DNA of 64,000 nt, from IMG/VR virus record IMGVR_UViG_3300036823_000120, positions 1 through 64,000 of that record, one strand, 5' to 3'. The translations under genes were made by a program, and so were the position numbers. Within the stretch, counting starts at the first letter, position 1, and each line of letters starts with the position of its first letter. Source of the stretch: a virus. The notes below the pieces were generated by a model, which worked only from the letters and a program-made list of their open reading frames with translations, did no database searches and was not told the origin of the DNA. Below, piece by piece: positions 21,819-32,783 of the stretch.

Positions 21819-22286
21819 TTAATCATTTGAAACCTCATTTAAATTTGCAAAGTCTCCAAAGTAAAGTAAAGCTGCTTTGTTATAAGCTTTTGCTGCAAGT
21901 ATTTCATCTTTGAATACTCCTAGATGGATAAGCTTACCATTTAATTTAATCGAAGCTTTCCATTTTCTTTGGTTAATACTCCAAGATACACCTTTATATC
22001 TTGATGTACAACCTTGTTTCTTTTTAGAGTTTGCTTGATTTTGGCTATTATTAGCTTCTCTTAGATTTGATCGTTGATTATTCAGCTTATTTCGATCTTT
22101 ATGATCTGTCATTAGCTTATAACCAAGTCTCTTACCTAAGATAACATGCAAATATTCATGTTGTCTGCATGTTGTCCTTACATATCCTTCTGTGTCTAAG
22201 CACCAAGTTTGAAAAGCAAACTCTAACCGATCCTCGTCACTAACTAAAACAATTACATTTGAATTAGTCAAAGTGAGGGTTGTCAT
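21819..22286 (-). CDS. HNH-AP2 homing endonuclease
   Basis: DHKDRNKLNNQRSNLRE; SRYKGVSW..KWKASI..HLGVF..AAKAYN. Confidence 0.9.
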   Translation of the reverse strand: MTTLTLTNSNVIVLVSDEDRLEFAFQTWCLDTEGYVRTTCRQHEYLHVILGKRLGYKLMTDHKDRNKLNNQRSNLREANNSQNQANSKKKQGCTSRYKGVSWSINQRKWKASIKLNGKLIHLGVFKDEILAAKAYNKAALLYFGDFANLNEVSND

Positions 22287-22965
22287 TTGAGTCAATCCAG
22301 ATTCGTTTTTCGTAAGCAATGCGACATAATTCAACAACGTCCATGCAATCTTCAATTGCAGTGTGAGCAGTTTCAAGATGTTGAAACACACCTCCATGCA
22401 ACACAGCACGGGCTTTTGCCAATTTCAATTCTGGTGGAACACGATCCGGTGGTTCGATGTAGTCGAAAGTTGGGTCCAAAACTCGATGCTTGAAGATGCC
22501 TTCTCTATCGTTGATGAAAGGTTGTGGCAAAATATCAATGAACTTTTTGTCAAAAGTTCCGAAGTTCTTTCCGGCACCGATCATCTTCATGATCTTACCT
22601 TTCATAATAAGCTTACCGTATTCTCGGCGATCTTCAGGTTCCGTGTGTCCAATTGACCGCAACCATGCCTGGATATAATCTGATAACCTATCAATTGGTA
22701 TTTGCATTTCTCTATCGAAGAGATGATAAATTTCACACTTCTTGTCAATTGGAATTTCTTCATTGATCAATCTCTTTATAAGTTTCTCGTGAAGTTTCAA
22801 ACAATAACTCGTCCACTTCATATTCTCAGGAATCACATATCTGTGAAAGATTTCAAGAGGTACGTTACGATCGAACAGATCAAAGCTTATAATCGCAATT
22901 TCTAATAGACTATGGACCTTTTCATCGAGACCTGTAGTTTCGATATCTATCGCAAAACAATTCAT
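22264..22965 (-). CDS. DEDDh (DnaQ-like) 3'-5' exonuclease
   Basis: IDIETTG, GKNFGTFD, HTAIED. Confidence 0.85.
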   Translation of the reverse strand: MNCFAIDIETTGLDEKVHSLLEIAIISFDLFDRNVPLEIFHRYVIPENMKWTSYCLKLHEKLIKRLINEEIPIDKKCEIYHLFDREMQIPIDRLSDYIQAWLRSIGHTEPEDRREYGKLIMKGKIMKMIGAGKNFGTFDKKFIDILPQPFINDREGIFKHRVLDPTFDYIEPPDRVPPELKLAKARAVLHGGVFQHLETAHTAIEDCMDVVELCRIAYEKRIWIDSNDNPHFD

Positions 22966-24009
22966 TAGAAAGCTTCCTCATTTATTTTAGGATACATTTT
23001 CTTTAGTTCTTCTTGAACATTAATTTGAGCTTCAGTTTCAATTTGTTTTGGCTTTTCAAGTTCAAAATATTCACGAAGCTGATTAGTCATCTCTTCACGT
23101 TTCATTGCAGCAAAGTTTTCTGCATCCTTCTTGTTATCGAACTTAGTTTGCTTTTTGGTGTTGCCACCTTTCTTCATATTTTCTGGCAAAAACTCTGCCA
23201 CAAACCAAGTAGGTCTATTTGTGTATTTGTGCCCGTCCCACACTTGAAATCTGAGATAACAGTAATGTTCTATAAACATTTCAATAGTCAATTCTTCACT
23301 AACAATTTTTATTGTTTTCTTCTTTGACATATTAAGCTCGCACTGGATAAATTTGTCTCAATTTTATGAGATTGTCACCATTTTTTGGTTCCTCAAACTC
23401 AAGCTGAATATCACGATATCGATCTGTAAGAGTTTTTTGATACTCTTGAAAAACTTCAAGAATATTTAACTTGGATGATATCATAGTTACATATCGACCA
23501 AGCGAGGCTCCAAAAGCAGGCAATAGACATTGCTCGTGTTTAATAATTTTGACTGTATCGCCAAACATTGTAGGCCAATCTAAAGTATCTTGACTTTTGA
23601 TAGTTCCGTCATAAAGATCAAAAATAGCTTTTGTAACCTTTACAATTTGTCCGAACTTTTCAACAATATTCAGGTATTTCTCTTCATAGTGCCACTTTTC
23701 AGTTGAATCGAGGTTATTAAGAGCATTAACCCATTTCTCGGCATCAGCTTTTCTCTCAAATACTCCTTTACAACCAAGTTCATGTCCTTGATAGACTACG
23801 AATACTGTTGTATTCGCTTCTTTAATTGCCAATCTATTTATTTTCCGATCAAAGAAAAGCGTTGCCGCATTGAATTCTTGAATCTCTTCATTGTAGAGAT
23901 CAATATCAATTTCAAAAGCTCGAATATCAGAGCATGTACTAAGTGCCGTTGACAATATATTATGGCCGTCGATAACAGTCATATCCTTCTTCATCTGTAT
24001 TTTTCCCAT

Positions 24010-24469
24010 TTATTCCTCGATATTATTAAGAACAGCAAACTCGCCAAAGTATTTTATAGCATAGATATTATATTCTAATGCTGCATCTTTTTCATTGTCA
24101 AAATAACCCAAATGTTGTTTTATATTATCTATTGTGGTTTCACCTCGCCATTTTTGCGTTTCTTTATTCCAATATATTCCTTTATACTTTGATGAAGTTC
24201 CATTTCTCTTGGTTTTATTTGTACTATTTTGTACAAATGTTGACTCTCTTAAATTTTCTTTTTGATTATTAAGCTTATTTCGATCTTTATGATCTGTTTG
24301 CTTAATATTAAGCTTTTCACTTAGAATTTGGTGCATATTGTCTAGAATATCTAGACATTTTTGCATATCCACTATTTAAGCACCAAGGTCCAAGTAATTC
24401 TAAATAAAGATAATCTTCATCATCTACAAAGACTACTTTATTAGAATTTGTTAAGCTTATTATCTTCAT
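24010..24469 (-). pseudogene. HNH-AP2 endonuclease with frameshift at about 24335
   Basis: MKIISLTNSNKVVFVDDED.. (matches paralog N-termini) is out of frame with MHQILSEKL..DHKDRNKLNN. Confidence 0.75.
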
Positions 24470-25629
24470 CTGTACTTTTCCCATTCATTTCCATTCTGGA
24501 GTCCTATGACACGTTGAACATACTCTGGTGTGTATTCAGCGACTTTAATTGGCATCTTCTTCGCTGGTACTTTACCGAAACTTGAATGTGGCATTCCGAA
24601 CAAAAACACGAGACATCCATCGAGACCGTGAATTCCAGTGGAATCTTGTTTGAATCTTTTCACCTTCTCCCATGTCTCGCGGAGATAAATGAATTCATTG
24701 CACTCATCTTCAAAGCCGTCGCGGACCCAATCCGCATGTGAAGATTTACAAAGAATGCAGGTGGGCTTATTCATGAATTTTTTCGGAGTTCCTCTGCATG
24801 CCCTGCACACCATGTCCATACTTAATGACGGATATATTGAAGACAAGATACTCATGATTTTTCTTAAGCTACCGAAAGAGTTTGGTGTTCGTTAGAAGCT
24901 TTCTTGATATAATCTTCTCGAATTTGTTTCAGCCACTGTTCTGCATATAGCAGTTCATTGAATATTGCCAAAACTCTATTATTATGAAGCTTATCAAGAA
25001 CCTTATAACGATGACGACGTGATCGACCACCATCGTCAATGACGAAACGAAGTGTTGCTAGATCATTCAATATTGCGCTCATGATATTCACTCACTGGCT
25101 TAAAGTAATATTTGTCGGTGATTTCTAAAAAACCAGCCTTGCGTTCAGCTTCGATAAGCCTTTCAAGCTTATTGCACTTCTTAGTCTCGTGTTGACGCAC
25201 GCGGAAATACTCATAGATTTGCTTTGATGTTACTCCCTTGCCTCTCTCCATTACACTTGCACGGAGGAGTACACGAAGCTCTTTTCGCGTGAGGTTTGGC
25301 GTTAACATTGCTGCGTTTGGTGTCTCGGAGAATGCGGTCAAGAACATGATAATTGATTCCTGTTTGAAATTTTCGATTTTTTAACTCTCTGAACAAATTA
25401 ACAAGACTTTTTATATCTTGCCCATTAAGCATTATGATGTATTTTCGATCATCGTAAATTTCACATTCTTTTTCTCCTTCTTTGATAATAGCCGCAAGCA
25501 CAAAACCATTTTTTACGCGAAATTTCTTTATCTTATGGGCCTTCATTGTTTTACCTTGCGATAAGCATAATTTCTCCTCATTCTGATAATTGTCTGAACA
25601 TCAGCTTGACGCCACTACTTCCACACTCA

Positions 25630-25657
25630 ATGATAGCACATTGCGTGCAGTTGTCAA
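25630..25657 (-). promoter_or_regulatory. Promoter TTGACA-16-TATCAT with extended -10 TG
   Basis: Consensus in an intergenic gap. Confidence 0.75.
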
Positions 25658-27551
25658 GTTGATGTTAAAACAATTATTAGAATATAGCTTATAAGCCATA
25701 GGCATACATAAGCATAGGAGCAGTTGCATGGAACGTGGCACCAATTTCTTTGACTATAAGCACAAATTTCTTTTGATTTGCAACAAGAGCAAGTTTCCAT
25801 TCTTTTGGATTTTTCATAACCCAATCCTTTGGATTGATTTTATTGACTAGACAAAAAACATTTATTGCGTCTGCTTCAAAGAACGAAGCATAGATATTCT
25901 TTGGATGCGGGAATGCTGGAGCATAAAAAGCATGAAAGACAGTTGTTCCGCCTTCCATAATCTTAAGTTCAAAACATTTCGTCCCACATATTATTTTTGT
26001 TGACATTATAAATACCTTTAAAGTCAAGAAATCTTGTCATCCCACATGTTATCCGTAATGATTTCGTTTTCAAATAGATAGTCTCTACATGGACCACAAA
26101 TTAATCCATGCCCTCTTACAAATCGAGTATCAGCACCACTTATACCAACAATTTGCTTGCATTGATTGCATTTTACTTCACCTTCAATATATTGTTCGCA
26201 CTGAAATACGTGCCAATCCAAACTATTTTGTATCTTATCTAGAGAATCTTTATTATTTTCAAGCTTAAGAATCAAGTCAAATGGATTAGCCATCATCAAA
26301 TCATTTTGTCTGTTACTACGAAAGTGACAATTTTTGATTTTATATGTTTTATTTTGATATTTAATGAGACGACCAGCTTTTGGAACGTTTGCAGCTTTAA
26401 GCTTAAGTCTGGTCAATTCATCATAGTATGCTTCCACGATATCTGATAAGCATTTTAGTTCATCACTTGTTCTAAGTTCAATATTAACGATATTAGTTTT
26501 TATTCGTAGACCTTCGTCTCCAGTTATTTCATTATTTGAGTGTCTAAGAACCCAGAGAAATTGGAATTTGTTTGTTCCCTTCCGCTTACAAAGATTGATC
26601 TGTATTACATTTCTATTATCCAAGGAACATTCATTTGCACTTTTTCCACACATTAGGTATAATGCGTCACACATAATGAACTTCCAGCTTTGTATACTGT
26701 AAAGATCATAATATGGCATTGAATGAGATTGAAATTCAGTTAATAGTAAAGCTCTCTCTAAATTTTGATATTTAGAATCAATAAAGCCAAGTTGAAGAGG
26801 CTTTTTATCTTGATACCAATCAATATATTTTATATTAAGAAGTGTAGTCATTATCATTTGTATCTCACACAAGTACGAAGCATATAATCCACATTATACC
26901 TTGCTCCGCGACGACCTACACTTTTGGTACAAAGCATATTTAGTCGAAACGTGTTTTGTTTTTGCAAATTGTTGGGAAAGAGTTTCTTTGAATGACAATA
27001 CAAACACATATTAAAGCGTACAATATATGCTTCATGTCTTTTATCTAAATATTCTTTCATACATTCAGAACAGGTTGTCTCTTCAAAGATAACTGCACTT
27101 TGTGCAATCTTTGCTCCTGTAGTTAATAAATAACCAGGTTCTCCATTAATTTTGCACCAAGCTTTTATCATTCGTTTGCTAATTTTTACCATTTAGACCT
27201 CATTAAGCATTTAGTTCACCCAAGCTTCTTCCCATTTAAGCTCTTCACCATGACAACCAGCTAAGCGAATGAACTCAATCGTATAACCTCTTGAATCGGC
27301 ATCACGAATAAAGCGTGCAACTTCATGATTTGTTTTAAAATCATCGTGAATAGTTACATTGTAATGTTCGTCCATATAAACTGAGACAATTGATACAGCA
27401 ATGTCATATAATTCCTTCTCTGACATATTTTTATAATGACGACGAAGATCATACATATTTGCATATGCAGCATCATGTTCTGCATATAATTGCATTAAGT
27501 AATCTTTATTTTCTGGTCCTTGTAAAATGAAAAGCTTATACATAATTTCTC

Positions 27552-27582
27552 CAAAAATGCTGGCGGCAAAAGAGCCGCCAGC
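27552..27582 (-). terminator. Intrinsic terminator
   Basis: GCTGGCGGC/GCCGCCAGC stem followed by T-run on the minus strand. Confidence 0.85.
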
Positions 27583-27598
27583 TTTAACGTCAACCTAA

Positions 27599-28057
27599 TT
27601 ACGGAGTCGGAACGTTCGGCGTATTAGCCTGAACAGCCGCACTCAGTTCATCGGAGGCATTCTTCAGCGAATTAACCTCATCCGTAAGCGGAGCGAGTTC
27701 ATCAGCGGTGGCACCATTGGCCAAAGCTGCATCGATGCCAGCCTGCACGCGGGCAGCAATTCCATTGATAAGAACAGTAGCAGATGCCATTGCACCATTC
27801 GCAGCTTCAACCTGACCACGAAGCTGTTCGAGAACAGGATTGGTCGTAGCAAGCTTTGGCTTAGCAGCCATATCAGACTCCATGTTTGAAGACAAATTTG
27901 TGTTATTACGAACAGAGCGTAATAACATATGAGTGTGGTGGGCAAGACTTCGACGAAGTTCGTCTAATTCCGCATTCAATCGAATGCTTTCACAGCACAT
28001 GCCATTGAGAAAGGTTTGATATTCCTCAACTGACGATACTTCAAATATCACCCTCAC
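27599..28057 (-). CDS. Ala-rich coiled-coil phage protein (possible internal start at MAAKPK)
   Basis: AAGGAGG RBS before GTG 28057; GC-richer codons; terminator follows. Confidence 0.65.
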   Translation of the reverse strand: MRVIFEVSSVEEYQTFLNGMCCESIRLNAELDELRRSLAHHTHMLLRSVRNNTNLSSNMESDMAAKPKLATTNPVLEQLRGQVEAANGAMASATVLINGIAARVQAGIDAALANGATADELAPLTDEVNSLKNASDELSAAVQANTPNVPTP

Positions 28058-28086
28058 ATATACTCCCTCCTTCGAGTTTGGACGAG

Positions 28087-28166
28087 TGCCGAGGGAAGGA
28101 TTTGAACCTTCACTTGAGTCCAAGTCTTCCATTTGGACGGCTGTGCTACCGTTACACTACCCCGAC
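28087..28166 (-). tRNA. tRNA-like RNA with non-canonical anticodon arm
   Basis: Acceptor GTCGGGG/CCTCGGC, D arm GTGT/GCAC, T arm GAAGG-TTCAAAT-CCTTC; middle GTCCAA-9nt-TTGGAC. Confidence 0.7.
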
Positions 28167-28678
28167 AAAGATGTAAGCTTCTTGCTTACCATTTTCGTGC
28201 AACTTCATTTTCAAAGACATCATCAGCTTCATTGTATTCATTGATAATTTCATCATCTTTGAGAATTTCAAAGATACGAATTAATCCACGAATAGCTTTT
28301 TTGAATTCATCTGGATTTACATAATCTCTACTATAGGCTGGAATATTTGTATCAGTTGGAACGAATAAGAACTTTTGCATCACATCTCCAATATTATATT
28401 ATCGTTGACTTTCTTGAATAAGCCACAAACCATTAAGATCTTGTATTTTAAAGCCTTTCTTTTGTTGAGGAAATAATACAAAGATCACACCATTACTTTC
28501 ATCAGCTTGAATACCACAAACCTCAAGAATTCCATCTTTTTCAGCTAGAAACTTGGCATTTGGACCAATATTTATGTGATTATCATTGTCATCAATCATA
28601 ATTTGCTTATTAACATCATTAGCTTTCTGACGTGTTAGATTGATTGGACACATAAATAGATATTTCATCGTTTTCTCC

Positions 28679-29377
28679 TTAGTTCTGTTTTATAAGTTCA
28701 CGCATAGCTTCTTGATTTCCATTCAATGTTTCTTGCTTATTGCGCAAGTTTTCAACTATCTGTTCATCGGTTAGATTTTCTATATTCACAATATGAACTT
28801 CACTGCAAGGATTACCTGTCATCAACTCAGGTTCTCCAAACGTAGTAAACTGGCTGCTGATGTTATTTTCCAACTTTACCTGTCGTTTCGGAACGCGGTA
28901 TATTGGATGTATTCCTGGTGCCACCGACCACCTATCTAAAACATGTCCTTGCTGTCTCTCTTTCTTCTTTTGCAAGTGACTAAAAAATGCTTTTCTCAGC
29001 TTTTTCCTGTATTGAATACGTATTTCATAATTATTTATCTTAAAGCTACCGAAAAGTACGTGCTTTTGTGAGCTGTAACTTTTATATCTTCCAACTATTA
29101 ATCGGCCATCATTTTTAAATTCAACAATCATATCTTGATTTTTAGTTGAAATCAAACCATAGACTTTCTTGGGTTTTAGTCTGCCATTCTTTCCACTATA
29201 CTGTGGAGTAACAACACTATAAATAACATAGCATCGTTCAATTAATTTAACAGTGGCACGTTGTTTCTTTGCTGCTACAGTACAACCTTGTTCATCAAGC
29301 CAATCAGCGAAAACAAGTCTTGTCGTCGTGCAGTAAGGCTTTTGTTTTATTTTATTAATCCAATTCCAGTAGTTCAT
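28679..29377 (-). CDS. TIGR02996-like domain protein
   Basis: IKQKPYCTTTRLVFADWLDEQG. Confidence 0.8.
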   Translation of the reverse strand: MNYWNWINKIKQKPYCTTTRLVFADWLDEQGCTVAAKKQRATVKLIERCYVIYSVVTPQYSGKNGRLKPKKVYGLISTKNQDMIVEFKNDGRLIVGRYKSYSSQKHVLFGSFKINNYEIRIQYRKKLRKAFFSHLQKKKERQQGHVLDRWSVAPGIHPIYRVPKRQVKLENNISSQFTTFGEPELMTGNPCSEVHIVNIENLTDEQIVENLRNKQETLNGNQEAMRELIKQN

Positions 29378-29650
29378 AATTGTCTCAAGATAAAGATTGG
29401 GAGCCTATGGGTGCCTAAATCCAAAAGTCTCCCAACCATATTTTAGTATGTTTCACGGTACATCTGGGGTCCAACATACAATTATAAGCATAAATATGCT
29501 TACAGGTAGTTACCTTTCTCTGAAGAGTTAGGTATTCTATTTAATCCTCCCCCAGCCCTCTACAACTGGCATGATTTGTGCTGTAAGCACTATTTACACA
29601 GTATTACTGCGTAACACCATAGGTCACGGTTGTAGACACGTTTTGACCAA

Positions 29651-29724
29651 AATCCCGGTGGCACTTGACTACCACACATTTATCAACAATTTGTTGATTT
29701 GCTCTACCCTTAAGCTACGGGATT
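29651..29724 (-). tRNA. Degenerate tRNA-like RNA (apparent AAT anticodon, no TTC loop)
   Basis: Perfect acceptor AATCCCG/CGGGATT; TAGCTTAAGGGTAGAGC D arm; ATCAA/TTGAT stem. Confidence 0.6.
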
Positions 29725-29861
29725 ACTTTGCTTTACTCTTTAACATTAAGTAAAGACTTAATTACTGACGGTTAATATCCTAGCTCTTCGAGGACCGTTA
29801 CCTCTCGACACCAACACCACTAAAGTAGTGTTCTAGTTGCTTCGCAGGCATCTAACGATAG

Positions 29862-29942
29862 TAGTTCTGGCGGTTTTTGATTGCCGCTTCATTATCACAG
29901 TATTTTAAACTGCGAAGTGCTTTACCTATAAGCTACAGAACT
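29862..29942 (-). tRNA. Degenerate tRNA-like RNA (apparent AAA anticodon, altered T loop)
   Basis: Acceptor AGTTCTG/CAGAACT; TAGCTTATAGGTAAAGC D arm; GCAGT-TTAAAAT-ACTGT. Confidence 0.6.
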
Positions 29943-30021
29943 AACAGTCACCCGTGTGACTACTAATGGCCGTTACAGATTACCTGTGTTGGAGACGGCC
30001 TTACGTCCAACCGGCAATATT

Positions 30022-30486
30022 TCATCCTTGTACTTCTTTAAGTTTTATGCTTTGAATAGGCTCATGAATGCCAACTTTACTTGCTACTGATCTAAATAAA
30101 TTTTCCTCAATCCAAAGTACACCATTTTCATATATTGAAAAATCTTGATAGTCTAAATTTTGATACCTATGATGAGAAAAGCATGCAGTAACGAGTTCTT
30201 CAATATAACCAATTCTAATTGGACTAGAATTGATAGAAATATTGCCATCTGTACGGACATAGAAAAGTCTATATACTTGACTCTTTACAGGAGCATAGAA
30301 TATTAATCCAACAATAAGCTTTTGGAATAGTATTGCTTTAGTAACATGTTTAGCCCATTCACGTTGACGTTGAGCAGCATTGCTATGCCCATTTTCGTCA
30401 AGCCAATCAGCAAAGACAAGACGACAAGTAGCATTTTTAGGATCATCCATAATTTTACGACAAAAATCCCAACGTGAAGCAAACAT
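30022..30486 (-). CDS. TIGR02996-like domain protein
   Basis: IMDDPKNATCRLVFADWLDENG; GAGG RBS. Confidence 0.8.
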   Translation of the reverse strand: MFASRWDFCRKIMDDPKNATCRLVFADWLDENGHSNAAQRQREWAKHVTKAILFQKLIVGLIFYAPVKSQVYRLFYVRTDGNISINSSPIRIGYIEELVTACFSHHRYQNLDYQDFSIYENGVLWIEENLFRSVASKVGIHEPIQSIKLKEVQG

Positions 30487-30626
30487 GTTATTACCTCTTT
30501 TCTTAAGCTCACGAAAATATCTTGGTGCATCTTTTAGCCACATATAGATCTTACGTTCCATGAATCCTACCAAGGCCAGGATCAATTTCAAATGTTACTT
30601 TCATTTTGATTCCTAAAAGGATGAAG

Positions 30627-30729
30627 TGGACACGTCGGGATCGAACCCGCACACGCGATTTAGTGCCATCTTACTTGCCAATGGTACTTACTTATTAGAT
30701 TTCTCATTGGATTAATCGCAATCGTGCCC
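30627..30729 (-). ncRNA. D-arm-less tRNA-like RNA with G3-U70 and A73 (tmRNA TLD-like)
   Basis: GGGCACG/CGTGTCC-A acceptor; GCGATT/AATCGC helix; CGGG-TTCGAT-CCCG T arm. Confidence 0.6.
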
Positions 30730-30868
30730 AAAAGAAGGAACCGGACATTATAAGCCACTGTCCGATTCCTCGCAAACTTTTAATTTTACATAACTATTAC
30801 TCCTCTCATATTAATAGACATAGTGTTTTATTTTAGTATAACGATACTAACCTAGTTCTAGGTTACAG

Positions 30869-30941
30869 TACGGCAAGTGGGAATCGAACCCAACTTACAT
30901 CGGCTTATAAGACCGAGCCACTTCCAAAGTGGTATTGCCGT
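30869..30941 (-). tRNA. tRNA-Ile(TAT)
   Basis: Complete cloverleaf; anticodon loop CT-TAT-AA; T arm TGGG-TTCGATT-CCCA. Confidence 0.85.
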
Positions 30942-31806
30942 AACAAGCGATTCTAGTTTTTAGTGGTTCTTCTCAGTTTGCTACGCTGAGACACTCACTG
31001 TCTCCTATAATTGAGCAACAATTTAACCCTTTCGGATCAAAACAGCAATATATTTTTCTAAGGCTTTAACTTCCTCTTCATCATCAAGCGTACCAAACTC
31101 CGTTTCATAATCAAATCTAATGTCGCCCAAATACTGTAAAGCATCTTGCTTATCTTCACATTCGGAGATGGTTACATGAACTTGCTTTATAAGGAAGTTA
31201 TTTTGCCTTTCAGTCAAAACAATAATTCTTCCTTCTTGGTAAGTTCGTATTGCCTCTGCCAATTCAGGCAGAGACATAGAGTAGATTGTTTTCGGGCCAG
31301 CAAAGTTTGCTGCAACCTTATCAGCAGCTTCTTCGCTTGGATAAAGCTCAAGTCTCCAATCTTCAGTACCAAGTTTCATCAGTAAAACGTGATTCAAAGC
31401 TTTCTCGCTTTCATGTAACTTGTGTTTTCATATGGAGCAAAGGCACCACAATCATCAGGAAAGTCATCGAAGACTTTTTCATAATGTGTTGGTGGCGGTG
31501 GAGCAGTGTCAACCGCCAAGAAGTAGCTATAAGCATCATGAAAATCTTTATCAAGATGAGTGAACATTCGTCCACTTCTTCGATAAGTGTTTGGCATGAT
31601 TCTGGCTTTAAAGCCAATCTTTTCAAGGATCTTAAGAACTTGTTTTGAGGCGTAGTAAGGAGTCATGTTAGGTGTTATGATAACAACGATTTCAACTGGA
31701 TCGTCATCATCGTAACAAATAAAATAATTTGGTCCTCTCCATACAGGCTCCCTGTACCACTTCTTGTCTTTGCAAAAAACTGTCGTGTGCGTTAAGCTCA
31801 TTTGTT

Positions 31807-32334
31807 TCACCGAACAAAGATGTGCATGTAGCGTTTGCCATCTCCACCCATCGCCCATGCAGCACCAGCGTAGGTGTAGTTATCGTATACGTCGCAACTC
31901 ATCCAACCATAAGAAGCAGGATAAGCAGCACAACCAGCAGAGGAGGCATAACTACCAGAAGGAAGAAATTGAAAATCATTGCCCGTATGCCCAAACATTT
32001 GCCTTGAGGCACGAAAGCTTGCACAGGATTGGGCGGCTTGAGTAAGACCGGCGTCGAATATGTACGGTCGCAACCCATGCATCGCCCTCTTCGCATTGAC
32101 TTCTGATAGAGCTTCATTCCCTCCCTCCGTAGGCTGTGAGTTGAAACTCACGGGTTGTGAGTTGAAACTCACGGGTTGTGAGTTGAAACTCACGGGTTGA
32201 TAAGCCGGCTGTTGAAAATTACTTTGGCCTTGAACCGGATAATACTGAACCCGATTCCTACGAAGCAGTGGACCACTGTAAGCATCCACACTGGCCAAAA
32301 GCACAACCAAGCTACTCAGGATCAAACGCATCAT
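31807..32334 (-). CDS. Secreted CAP/SCP-domain-like protein with QPVSFNS repeats
   Basis: Signal peptide; VNAKRAMHGLRPY..D..LTQAAQ..A....FGH. Confidence 0.75.
   Translation of the reverse strand: MMRLILSSLVVLLASVDAYSGPLLRRNRVQYYPVQGQSNFQQPAYQPVSFNSQPVSFNSQPVSFNSQPTEGGNEALSEVNAKRAMHGLRPYIFDAGLTQAAQSCASFRASRQMFGHTGNDFQFLPSGSYASSAGCAAYPASYGWMSCDVYDNYTYAGAAWAMGGDGKRYMHIFVR
32136..32198. repeat. Three 21-bp tandem units, each holding palindrome GTGAGTT-GA-AACTCAC
   Basis: Palindromes at 32136, 32157, 32178 separated by GGGTT. Confidence 0.95.
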
Positions 32335-32653
32335 CCATCTCCCTTGACAAGTGAACACTTGACTGCACATTGCATCTAGCACAGAACAACACCAAGTTAT
32401 CCTGACTATTTGTGCCACCTTTACAAAGAGGTGTCACATGCTCTATTGTGGCTCTAGCCACTTTTTCAGTACGATCAGGTGATAAAAGGTAATAGTTACT
32501 GTAACCACCAATCACCCAACCTAATAAGAGCTTATCACGATCTAGTGCAATTTTCACTTGACAAAGATGACAACACTCATTTTGTTTGGCCATAAGCATA
32601 CGTTGTATTTGATACTTACGTCTGCTATGTATCTTCTTTCTCTCTTTACTCAT
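32312..32653 (-). CDS. HNH endonuclease (McrA-like)
   Basis: CHLC..ATIEHVTPLCKGGTNSQDNLVLFCARCN. Confidence 0.9.
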   Translation of the reverse strand: MSKERKKIHSRRKYQIQRMLMAKQNECCHLCQVKIALDRDKLLLGWVIGGYSNYYLLSPDRTEKVARATIEHVTPLCKGGTNSQDNLVLFCARCNVQSSVHLSREMDDAFDPE

Positions 32654-32783
32654 TAATCTACTTTCAGTAAGTAACCAATAATAAATCCTATTGGCAAAAG
32701 TATAAGTAAGAAGATATACATTGGCAGATTATATTTTGAATATTCAATCAACCAATAATACAACTTGTCGATATTATTTATGA

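Noticed and set aside
30627-30729. Full tmRNA (ssrA)
   Set aside because: Too short; no tag reading frame or room for the pseudoknots
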